Shown here: positions 7,901 through 17,650 of the stretch, piece after piece | Layout: each line of letters starts with the position of its first letter | Position numbering within the stretch: position 1 is the stretch's first letter | NCBI GenBank assembly: GCA_012862495.1 | Contig: BLSG01000402.1 | Coordinates: 309,701 to 343,438, forward strand | Length of the DNA: 33,738 nt | Source: Thraustochytrium aureum | Lineage: Eukaryota | Reading direction: 5' to 3' | Notes under the pieces: model-generated | What the model saw: only the letters and a program-made list of their open reading frames with translations | What the model was told of the DNA's origin: nothing | Database searches by the model: none | Translations under genes and position numbers: made by a program

Positions 7901-10598
7901 GCAGCAAAGTATCGGCCCAGTCAACAAAATGCGCTTGGCGCGGCACTTTGGAACGATCCCGCTTGAGCCTCCCAGATTCAAATCGTCGATGCAAGCAATC
8001 GAGGTCCTCGAGCTTGGCGAGCAAATCTTTGTTATCTCGGAGGCGTCTCGCCAGAGCGCCGCCTTTCAGTACAAATTTGCCTCGAGGCCATCGCCACCTA
8101 ATATTGGCCTGCATTCAGAACCACAGAAGCCTGCGGTGGGCAAGAGCCGTGAGGCCGACACGCCCCGCCTGAGCTCGCAGCTCGACAAGAAGCCCACGCT
8201 GTCGCCCTACCTGTTCAAGGGCTTGGACGATAAGGGCAAAGTGGCGCTCAAGCGACTGGAAACCGTGTTCGCGAGTCTCGACGTGGACCAATCGGGCTCA
8301 ATAACAAAGCAGGAGATACTCTACGCCGTCAAGCACCAGCCGCAAGTTCGCAAGCTATTGCGCGGATCTCCCGAGCTTTCGCGGCTCCTCAGCGCCCCTG
8401 CAAAGACCTTGGCAAAGTTTGGGATGGCACCGGACACGACGCTATCGCTCGAACAACTTGCCTTGGCGCTCCTGCCGCGCTCTCATTCAACAACGTGCGC
8501 AGAATCGGGAAGGCAAGGCCAGTGCGCGCCTGAAAAGGCATCCAGTGAGCCGAGCACCAAGTGGGAAAGACTGAAACAGCGCGCGGTAGTGGCCAAAGCG
8601 TTCGTCGGGGAATATGTGGACACCGGGGCTCGAGAGCTAGCGGCCGAGCTCGACCATACGCTAGGTCCCGAGCAAGTGTCGCGCCTGTCGCAGAGCGGCA
8701 GAGCCCGCTTGTTTTCGACTTGCGCGTCAGCAGCGCAAGACATGACTGTGCGAACCGCTTTTGAGCGCGACGAGGCGGGGAGCAAGCTGCTTGGCGCCAG
8801 CCCGTCGCAGACCCAGCAGTGGGTCAACTCCAAATCGAGCGACCGTTGGCTCGGACTCACACCAGAGGAGCGCGGTCAGCGCGCGCGTGAAGAGCAGCGC
8901 AACTACCTCGTTTCTGCTGGGCTTCCGCCAGACCCGGCGAAATGGCGGCCCCCAGACGTTCGCACCTGGATTGTCAAAGTCCTCGAGCTCGCCAGCTACG
9001 AAGACACGTTCGGCGGCACGAGCGGGCCGGACTTGCTGGCCATCCAGGACGAGGGCGACCTCGTGGCGATAGGCATGAAAGACCGTGCCTCGATGCCCAA
9101 GGTGAGCTTGCACAGGAAAAAGGTTCTTGCTCACCTCGCGCAGTTGAAAAGTGTCCGACGAGCTGTGAGGAGCAAGCGAGCGCAGCAGGATCCCTCGGAG
9201 TGGACTGTTGGCGATGTCATTGAGTGGCTCAAAACGGAGGTTCACGTCGATGAACAGGTAGTTCGAGCTTTTCGCGCCAAGTCTGTAGACGGCTGTCTCT
9301 TGCACTCGCTGAGCGAGGCCGAGCTGGACTCTTTACTGTGCGTGCGAGACCCGGACGCGAGGCGGCGGATTGTGGCCGGTGCGGTCGCTCTTTTTGGGCC
9401 GTCCAAGAAAAGCTGCCCAAGCCACCCTCGGCCAGAGCAACCCCCGTCTGCGTGGACCGCGCGGGAGGTATACTCTTTCCTGGGAAGCGCTTGCCCCTCG
9501 CTTGACCTGGCCGCGCTCAGGGCTGCCCACGGAGATCAGCTAACAGGCAGTGTTCTTTTGCGTCCCACCACGGTGCGAGAGATAATGGAAGGCGCCGTGT
9601 TTGGGGGCCACGTGAAATCGATCGCCAACGCGCGCGCCATCCTCGCGGCGATAGTTGAGCTCCGGAATGAGGAGACTGAACGCAGGCTTCAGCTAGATGA
9701 ACGAAAGCCGCGATGCGGGATTTCCGAGCGTCCAGTTGAGGGCCAGGCGCCTTTTGATTTGGATAGACTCATTCTGCACGACATCGAGCAGGGCATCGAC
9801 GAGACGGCGGCTGCTTGCGGGTCAGGTGGCCGCGCAGTCAGAGCGATCCGCGCAAACGGAGCAGTTGGAATAGGATTGCGGCCGAACAGTGGTGGCTCTG
9901 GCAGGTCCACAGAAGACCTGCGGGATTCCGCATCCGTCGCTCTCGAAGGACTTGTGGCAAGCATGTCTCCCCAAAAGCAGCGCGTGACAATTCCGTCGGC
10001 TGGAGGGGCTAAAAATGCTCTGACTGTTGCTGCAGGCGGTGGCGCCACCGGCCAGGATTGCGCACGTGCTGTCGAGAGCGCGCTACATTGTCTGGGACCA
10101 ACGAAAGCTGTGAAGAGCGTGGAGAGCTGGTTTGCGGGCTGTGACGGCGAGCTTGACTATGAGCAGGCATGGGACAGCGTTTCGCTAGACTTGCTTGCCC
10201 CGCAAGGAAAGCGCATTGCACGCGCCGCTTTTGCGAGAATGTGGCGCGATGTGTTTGGTTTGCACGAGCGCGAATGCTTGGCTCTTGCAGAGGCAAACAG
10301 GGTTTTCCTGGGGGTGCCAAGCGCGGCTGCACAGACAAGGGCGAATACAGGGGAGCGTGTGCGACGCCTTGCTAGCCAGTACGCTGCAGTCTTGTCCCGT
10401 GCGTGCAGCGAGATCCGGGTGGGCGACTTTCGTGGAGACGAAGGCCACGCGAGCGCGATTGCTGCTCGGGTAAGCAGCGCAAAGTCGGCTTTGCGCAGTC
10501 TGAGCTCGCCATGGGAAAGCGAGTGTCCGAAAGCTTTGCTTGCTCAGATTTCGGAGCTCGAAGACGAGTGGGACAGCGCCCTGCTCGGGGAGTATTGA
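4961..10598 (+). CDS. Large multidomain protein: 5 Tudor/Agenet-like repeats, [N gap 6091-6806], EF-hands and 2-3 SAM domains; apparent frame break near 5123-5125
   Basis: Five repeats of the form F/Y-x-x-G-x-R/K-V-E-A...W...Y-F/Y-x-G-x-V...Y-x-I/V-x-FDDGE. EF-hand loops DLDGSGKVSAEE, DLNGDMQLDEAE and DVDQSGSITKQE. SAM starts WRPPDVRTWI, WTVGDVIEWL...VDGCLLHSLSEAEL and WTAREVYSFL. The best ATG (4961, MGDSEFSK) is in a different frame from the Tudor repeats. Continuity across the gap is unproven. Confidence 0.75.
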
Positions 10599-10606
10599 TC
10601 ACCTGC

Positions 10607-10652
10607 CTGCGCGAGCAACCGCTCAACTGCGCGAGCAACCGCTCAACTGCGC
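10607..10652 (+). repeat. 20-bp tandem repeat (CTGCGCGAGCAACCGCTCAA) running into an assembly gap
   Basis: Two exact copies plus the start of a third immediately before the N-run at 10653-10855. Confidence 0.85.
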
Positions 10653-11118
10653 NNNNNNNNNNNNNNNNNNNNNNNNNNNNNNNNNNNNNNNNNNNNNNNN
10701 NNNNNNNNNNNNNNNNNNNNNNNNNNNNNNNNNNNNNNNNNNNNNNNNNNNNNNNNNNNNNNNNNNNNNNNNNNNNNNNNNNNNNNNNNNNNNNNNNNNN
10801 NNNNNNNNNNNNNNNNNNNNNNNNNNNNNNNNNNNNNNNNNNNNNNNNNNNNNNNTCGCAAAGCAAGAGCGAGGTCAGGAAGAGTAGTACCCCACAGGCA
10901 CCTTGTGTTGACTTTTGTACAAGTTCTGTTCGTTTTGGTTGTCTGCATTGTTGCGAGCCAGGACTCGGGCACTCTCGGTGAGCTGGTCGCGCCTGCTGCT
11001 TCGGTTCCGACAGTGACTGATGGCAAGTCCTCTCTCTCGAGCAAGAGTACTCCACCGACTCACATGTCAGTACCCTAGAGCTAGAGGCTACTCTAAAGCT
11101 ACTACTCGAACCGGTACT

Positions 11119-13713
11119 CTACCCGAGTAGGAAGCTGTCTGTGTTTTGAATCGCGTAAAGGATCTTGTCCTTCATGACCTCTTGCGACGTATACGCAGGA
11201 AACACGAGCTGGTTAAAGCAAGAGTGAGCCTTGCACAAGGATCCGGGGTCCATTTGGTCGTTGAGCGTGAGCTTGAGCGGCGGATCAAGCCCGTCAACAG
11301 GTACCTTGCTGGTGCCGGTAGCGAAGCGAAGCAGAAGGGATTTGTTGTCCTCGTCGAGCTCCTTGAATATCTTCCAAAACCAGTGCACAATTGGGTGATT
11401 GGCGTCCAAACCCCCCTGGAAAGCGCACGCGTTTCGAATCGACTGGACGTCAATAAAAGGTAGCCCGTTCCAGAGCATATCAAGCTCAGCAAGCTCAAAG
11501 TCGGCAGCCGCGAGAGCATCCTGTGGTACGACTTGAAAGAGGCCCGTGCGAATCGCTTCAATCTGATCCTTGCACGAATCCACTGCCCTCCAACGAAGCA
11601 TCAGCTCAACGTATTCACCCTTGTTGGTGTCGTCGACTTCAATGTTCCTTCCGCCAGGCTTGAGGTCGACAATTACTTTCTCACTGTCGGCGGAGCCCGG
11701 TGGCGGATCCACGGTGACGCAAAACTCCTCGAAGAGGACGCCGTCGATTTCGTTTTCCAGCATCCACTCAATACTCTTCACGAGGGTTGGGTCAGAGTGC
11801 CGAAGGTCGTCGACGTCGACGTGCAGGCCGAAAATCTGTTTGAACAAGGTCTTGCTGAAGTGCACATCGACGAGCTGGCGATCAAAGATAGCTTTCCCAA
11901 GGAACCGACCAACGAATCTGTACCATTCGAGCACAGCCGCAGAGTCGCCTTGGGCCCCGGTCGGATCTTTGGGCCCAGGAGCGTTGGCCTTGATATCACA
12001 ATCGTGCCCCTCGCCGAGTTTGGCAAAAAGCTTGGTTTCGCTGTCAAAGAGGCAGCGCGAAACCTCCAAGAACCAGTCCTTGCCGATCCCACCGGCGTCT
12101 ATGCCCTCTTCACCAACGTATTCGACCTTGAGGCGCATCTTGAGTTGGTCGACCGGGATTGCCATGAGCTGCTCGAAAGAATCCCATAGAAGAGCGTCTC
12201 GGCGCACGTTGAGACGGACGACTTGCGCGGGCCCTTTGGGGACGTCGCGCAAGATGTGGCGATTGAAGCGAAAGCGCTTCTTTTTGAACTCGACGACCGG
12301 GTCTACGGGGCCGTCGATCGCGGCGGGCCTGTCCAAAGCGATTTTGTCCGTCAGCACGTTGAGGTAGACAGTCTGGGCGGCGGCTTCGTCCCACAGCTCG
12401 GCCCAATCAGGCGCCCACGCACCTTTTCCCGCACTGGCGCCCTGGGCGTTGGAATCTTGTGTATCTGGCTGGCCAGGAGATGGCGCGGCCGCGGTGCGGA
12501 TAGTGAGGTACTCGCTGAACTCCCCTTCCCCAATCTCGTTCATGGCGCGCACCTTGAAGTGGTAGCTCGTGAGCGGCTCGAGGTCCTGCAAGAGGACAAA
12601 GTTGCGCCGCCCGGAATAGATGAGGGAGACCTGCTCGTCCTTGATCGCCCCGCCAAATACGGTGTACGTATTAATTGGGCGACCCCCATCGGAGCGCGGC
12701 GCGGCCCACTGCAGGAGCACGCGGTCGTGTCGCAACATGCCATTTTGCACGACGGGCACGGTTGGCTGCCCTGGCGACTCTGGCAAAGTGCGAACGACTT
12801 TGGACTTTTCTGAAAAGGCCCCCCAGCCGACTGCATTGTGCGCCCGCACTGCAAAGACATACGGGACGCTGCATTGAACGGCGTCGACGACCATTTCTCT
12901 GGATCCCCCGGAGACTTGGCCGATGGACTCCCACACCCTCGAACGTCGCATGGACGGAGCGAAGCTCGCGGGTCCAGCTGCTGCCGCAATGGCTGCGGCA
13001 CACTTGGCGTTCCCGCACGAAGTGCAGTCCGCTGCGGCGCTTGCATTGCCGGCGTGGCAAGCTTGGCAGTCCCACGGCAGCTGGTCATCGCGCAGATTGG
13101 CGACGCGGTAGTGTACCTCGAACGCGTCGCAGAGCCCCAGGACGGCATCCCACTTGAGTACAATCGATTCTGCGTGAGTTGATGCAACCGTGGGCGGGTT
13201 TGGTTTGGCTGGAGCTGAAAAGCTCGCCATGACGTCGTCGCCGGAGATACGGATTGGCCTTGCCGTTCCACGCGCGCCGATGATAATATTGCCGACCTTG
13301 TCAACCGAGACCCCTGGCGGGAAGGACTGCTTTTGCTTTTCCCAAGACTTGCCGTCGCTCGCCCCGCCTCCGGAAGCAGCGGCTGCAGCTTGGCCCTCCT
13401 CGAGCTTGCGGGCCTCTTCCTGCTTGTCCAGTGCAAGGTCGTCCAGCTCGATCCAAATGTACTGCTCGCCTCGTTTCGGTCCGTCGTTCGGATAGTTGAG
13501 CGCCGTCACGCGCACAGGTGCGCAGTAAAAGACTTGGTTCACCACGTGGTGCACGGATACCTTTTGCTTGACCGCGTCGCCGCCTTTCAGCGTGACGCCA
13601 TCCATCACTCCGCTGCTGTTCCGCCCGAGGGGGTCGGTCGCGCCGGACCCGGACCGCTCGCTTCGTCCGCGCGCTTTCCCGGCATCATACTTGCTGCTGG
13701 CCGCCCCGCCCAT
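11119..13713 (-). CDS. HECT E3 ubiquitin ligase with two FN3 domains, a RanBP2-type zinc finger and a degenerate WW domain
   Basis: HECT motifs VEYVGEEGIDAGGIGKDWF, FVGRFLGKAIFD, LLRFATGTSKVP and catalytic KAHSCFNQL. FN3 motifs YVFAVRAHNAVGWG and YHFKVRAMNEIGEG. ZnF WDCQACHAGN-x5-CTSCG. WW-like DWAELWDEAAAQTVYLNVLT. N-terminus MGGAAS. Confidence 0.93.
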   Translation of the reverse strand: MGGAASSKYDAGKARGRSERSGSGATDPLGRNSSGVMDGVTLKGGDAVKQKVSVHHVVNQVFYCAPVRVTALNYPNDGPKRGEQYIWIELDDLALDKQEEARKLEEGQAAAAASGGGASDGKSWEKQKQSFPPGVSVDKVGNIIIGARGTARPIRISGDDVMASFSAPAKPNPPTVASTHAESIVLKWDAVLGLCDAFEVHYRVANLRDDQLPWDCQACHAGNASAAADCTSCGNAKCAAAIAAAAGPASFAPSMRRSRVWESIGQVSGGSREMVVDAVQCSVPYVFAVRAHNAVGWGAFSEKSKVVRTLPESPGQPTVPVVQNGMLRHDRVLLQWAAPRSDGGRPINTYTVFGGAIKDEQVSLIYSGRRNFVLLQDLEPLTSYHFKVRAMNEIGEGEFSEYLTIRTAAAPSPGQPDTQDSNAQGASAGKGAWAPDWAELWDEAAAQTVYLNVLTDKIALDRPAAIDGPVDPVVEFKKKRFRFNRHILRDVPKGPAQVVRLNVRRDALLWDSFEQLMAIPVDQLKMRLKVEYVGEEGIDAGGIGKDWFLEVSRCLFDSETKLFAKLGEGHDCDIKANAPGPKDPTGAQGDSAAVLEWYRFVGRFLGKAIFDRQLVDVHFSKTLFKQIFGLHVDVDDLRHSDPTLVKSIEWMLENEIDGVLFEEFCVTVDPPPGSADSEKVIVDLKPGGRNIEVDDTNKGEYVELMLRWRAVDSCKDQIEAIRTGLFQVVPQDALAAADFELAELDMLWNGLPFIDVQSIRNACAFQGGLDANHPIVHWFWKIFKELDEDNKSLLLRFATGTSKVPVDGLDPPLKLTLNDQMDPGSLCKAHSCFNQLVFPAYTSQEVMKDKILYAIQNTDSFLLG

Positions 13714-14160
13714 CGCGCAGAGCCGAGGATCACTTCAGCAAGGTGCCGTCCGCCGGTCCACCTCGACGGTGGCCTCCAAGCGCGGACTGCTTGCTACCAG
13801 CTCGAAGCCGGGTATGGGCGGGGTGGGCGCCCGACTGGATCTGCGAGCAAAGCCTTCGTCGAGGAAGGCCTCTCGGCGCTGCGCTCGCGGCTGCTCGAAG
13901 TTGTTCATCCATCGCCAAGTGTCCGCGCACTTGCCTCATTCACACTTGTAACGGCTAGCTGTGCAAAGCTGAGGAAACGGCTCTCTCGTCGATGCCGACG
14001 AGCTCGAGTTTGACGTGCACGTGAACGAAGGCAGCGGCACAGCAGGTCGTAGACCTGGCGCGAGTGCCCGTGCGCCAGGGAGTCCGCAAGGGGTTTGTTG
14101 GGCCGAAGTGGGGGAGCCCCCGCCAGAGCCGGCCAGCGAGTTTTGTTTCGTTGCTCGGGA

Positions 14161-14354
14161 GGGCTTCACTGCGGCGGCCTTTCGAGCTTGTTGCCCGGTC
14201 GTAGAGGTGACGCGAAACGCAGCACGGGCCTCGCGCAGTGCCTGAGCGGGCCTCGCGCAGTGCCTGAGCGTTGGCGGCGGGAAGACCAGGATTCGGCGGG
14301 CTTCGCCGCGGCGGCCTTCCGAGCTTGTTGCGCGGTCTTCGAGGTGACGCGAAA
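14161..14354 (+). repeat. Imperfect 57-bp direct repeat (14161-14217, 14298-14354) enclosing an exact 22-bp tandem duplication (14225-14268)
   Basis: GGGCTTC..GCGGCGGCCTT.CGAGCTTGTTGC.CGGTC...GAGGTGACGCGAAA occurs twice. CGGGCCTCGCGCAGTGCCTGAG occurs twice in tandem between the copies. Confidence 0.85.
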
Positions 14355-15386
14355 GGCCACAATCAGGATTAGGGTCAAGCGCGGGGCTCGATGATGGGCC
14401 GCACGCCAAGGTAATCCAAGCCCTTGTTGGGCCGCGTGAGCTGGTTTTGCCATGTCACCTCAATTCGGCTTGTTCTGTCTGTTCCACAAAGNNNNNNNNN
14501 NNNNNNNNNNNNNNNNNNNNNNNNNNNNNNNNNNNNNNNNNNNNNNNNNNNNNNNNNNNNNNNNNNNNNNNNNNNNAGCTCCCCATCCGAACTGACCCAC
14601 CGCGGGCCTTCCTCCGTGCCACCCGTGAAACGGCGAGAACGCAAGTGCCGCATAAATAATTCAAAGTGCGAGTGCCGAGGTTTCTTGCAGGCCGACGGCC
14701 GCGCTCAAACCATGAGGCGTCTCGACGAAGAAATCAAGCCCAAAGCCCCACAAACCCAACCAAAAACGAGACATGTCTACTCCTCTACCTACTTTACCTC
14801 CGCCCGAGAGTATGTAGTAGGCCTACAGAGCGGCTGAGTGGCAAGGTGAACAACCTGATGGTATCCGATCCACCGCAAGCGTATACCGTAGCAGACCTGG
14901 ACGCGCTGGCCTGTCCCGCCAGCCACGGTCGAGTACTCTACTCGATGTCATTCGTTCATTGCGCCACCGAAGGAGCTCACAAATCAGAACAGAGGCAGCA
15001 GCGCAGACCTGCGCCAACGCCAGCGGCGTTGGAAGGGGAGAGAGAGAGACAGAGAGAGAAGGACGCGCCTTGGGCCGCTTGTCGTCTTCGTGGTCTGATT
15101 CGTGGTGGGCCTGCTCGAGTACTCACTCGGCTGCATCATGATGTAGGAGAAAAGAAAGGGCGGTCGTTGCGAAGAAAAACAACGTCGAGCAGCAATCGAC
15201 CAAAAAGTTGGACCAAACCGGCAACTCCCGCGAAGCAGCAAGTGGACCAGACGGATCAGGCAAGGTTTGCTCCCTCGCGAGCCCGCGAGAAGACCGCCGG
15301 GCGCGCAACGAGACAACTTGCGAAGGTTAATTTGTGGGCGGTGGGCGCCTCTGGGGAGTGCCGGCAAGGCTCAGGTTTGGAGCACG

Positions 15387-17136
15387 ATGGTGGCGGCAAA
15401 GCTCGCGCTCCACAGCGCTCTCATCGCCGTGCTCGCCACGGCCGGCGCCGGGCAAGAAGGACTGCCGGCGGCTCGGCAACTACTGGGCGCGCAGCGAGAA
15501 AACGTGCGAAGAGCTGATCGACGAGAACATCCCTGGCATCGAAATGGTCGACGGGACCGACTACTGCCAGACAGCCCAGCCAGACGGCACCTGCCGCAAC
15601 AGAGTCACCTACGATACAGCGCGTGATGCCTGCAGCGCAGTAGGTATGCGACTCTGCCGGCCCGACGAACCTGGCGAGGTCGACAGCTGTACGATTAGTA
15701 GCAGGACTTCGTGGTACTCCTCGCCTTGCGCGGCCAATTCGTTTGTCGTTGGAGCCTTCGACGGAACGGACAGCCTCAACAACGTGGCATGCCATACCTG
15801 GGACCGCAGCAACTTCCACGTCCTCTGCTGTGCCGACTCAGAGGAATCGTACAGGACTGGCAGAGAGTGCAGGGAGTGTCCTGAAAACTCGTACCGCAAC
15901 GACGCTGGCCGGGGGATGTGGGAGGGCGGCCTGCACGTGTTTTTCGGGTATGTGCCTGTTTACGACACCACCGCCGAGCGCAAGGGCTTGCTCAGATGCG
16001 AGCGGTCGACCTCAACAGAGCTCACCAAGTGCCCTGCTGACCAATTCGCCTCGCGCACGGCTGGGCGCTGCGACGGGGCCACTGGCCTCGTGGCCACGCG
16101 CGGGTATGTTGACAAGGGATCGGTCTGCGTCGCTAGCAAGGGTGCTATGGACGGAACTTCCTGCCCGCCAGACAAGCTTAACAGCATTAATGATGCCATG
16201 GCGTACTGCGCTGCGTCGGGCGCTCGGCTGTGCACAATGAAAGAGTTTGAACAAGGCATCGCGGAAGGGACGGACACGGACGACTGCCGCGTGGAGGGCA
16301 AACTGATCCCCACCTCAACGAACTGCGACGCTAAAGGCAGCCGAGGGCTCGTCTATGAGCGAAACAGAAAAGGGGGGGCGTCCTTTTCCTGCCGCTCCAA
16401 GTCTAAAGCAGACAAGATGTCCGTCCTTTGCTGCGCCGACACGGGGACTGCTGCGCAGTGCTTGTCATGCCCAGACCGCTCAAGCGCACCGTCAGGCTCA
16501 AATGAGGAGTCTGACTGCGTATGCCTGAACGGGCGCGGCGGAAGAGCCAACATCTGCAGCGAAACGCAGAGGCCGACCGCAGCGCCCACCGTTTTGCCTG
16601 ACTGCGCGGCGAACCAGTATAAATTGGTTCCTACCAGCACGTTGGCCACCCGGAAAGACGCTGCTAGGGTTGGCGACAAGCGCGTCTGGGGATGGTCCCC
16701 GAAGGATAATGGCGATTGCCCGGATGCGCGCACCAATGCACAGGCTGTGGCGTTCTGCGCATCAAAGGAAGCCCGCCTCTGCACCGCTGACGAGCTGCTT
16801 CTGGCAGAGACGCGCGGTACTGGCTGTGGGATGGACCAGCTCTACGTTTGGAGCAGCACGCCTTGCTGCGACGCGCAAGGAACGTGCACGAGCAACAAAT
16901 TCTACGTCGCGGCAGGTAAAGGCAGGAATGGCCGTTTCGGGCCAGGGGAGAAGCTAGTGTGCAGCGCGGCTTCTGCAAAGTTCAAGGTTCGCTGCTGCCG
17001 CGACGCTCTGGACAAGGCAATCTGCAAGCGCTGCCCTGCCAACGCAGTCTCTGCGGTGGGTAGCGACTCGGTTACTGACTGCAAGTGCCCGACGGGATTC
17101 TGGGGCCGCGACGGCGGCCCGTGTGAGCCGGTTTGA
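15387..17136 (+). CDS. Secreted cysteine-rich repeat protein (3 C-type-lectin/link-like RLC...CC modules alternating with GCC2/GCC3-like Cys repeats); frame break near 15450-15452
   Basis: Signal peptide MVAAKLALHSALIAVLATAGA (ATG 15387) is one frame off the main ORF. Three modules A..C...G/E.RLC..E...S..C...V.CC.D. Spacer motifs CLSCPDRSSAPSGSNEESDCVC and CKRCPANAVSAVGSDSVTDCKC. Confidence 0.75.
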
Positions 17137-17650
17137 TCTCGAACGAGCACCTAACCAACATAGTTACAAGTAGAGTACGGCACTCTACCGGTACTACCGC
17201 AACGATTGGCGGGGTATCGTCGCAGAAACGTTCAAAATGCGCGGGAGGCTATCTTAAAACAAAAACAATGCATTGAAGTTAGTCCGAGAGCCTTTATTCA
17301 CCGCTCAATCGCTGAATGTCGCGTGCGGAGCGCAATCACAGAGACTCGTCGCGCTGCACACTGCAAAGGTGTGCGTGCGCCGGCAGGCCACTTTGCAGGC
17401 CACATTGTGCACGAGATTCTTTCCACTCATGAATGACAGCTGGTGAGCGTCGGGCCGAAGTTGACTCGGCCCCCCTTTGCTGTTGCCAAGTCCAGGAATC
17501 GGCCGACACGTTCATCTCGCGCGGGCAGACACCCAACGCCGCAAGTGAGCTCCAGTACACATAATCGCGAACGAGTCTGCGAAGAGACTTACTTGGCGCG
17601 CGGCCTTTTGAAACAGCTGCGGCGACTGGCAAACGCCAGCCGTCGTCAGA

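Noticed and set aside
11146..13182. Several plus-strand ORFs of 100-265 aa
   Set aside because: Antisense to the HECT ligase; expected in GC-rich coding DNA.
14666..15517. 283-aa ORF upstream of the Cys-rich gene
   Set aside because: Non-ATG start, crosses a GA microsatellite and intergenic-type TACTCTAC motifs, and has no domain signal.
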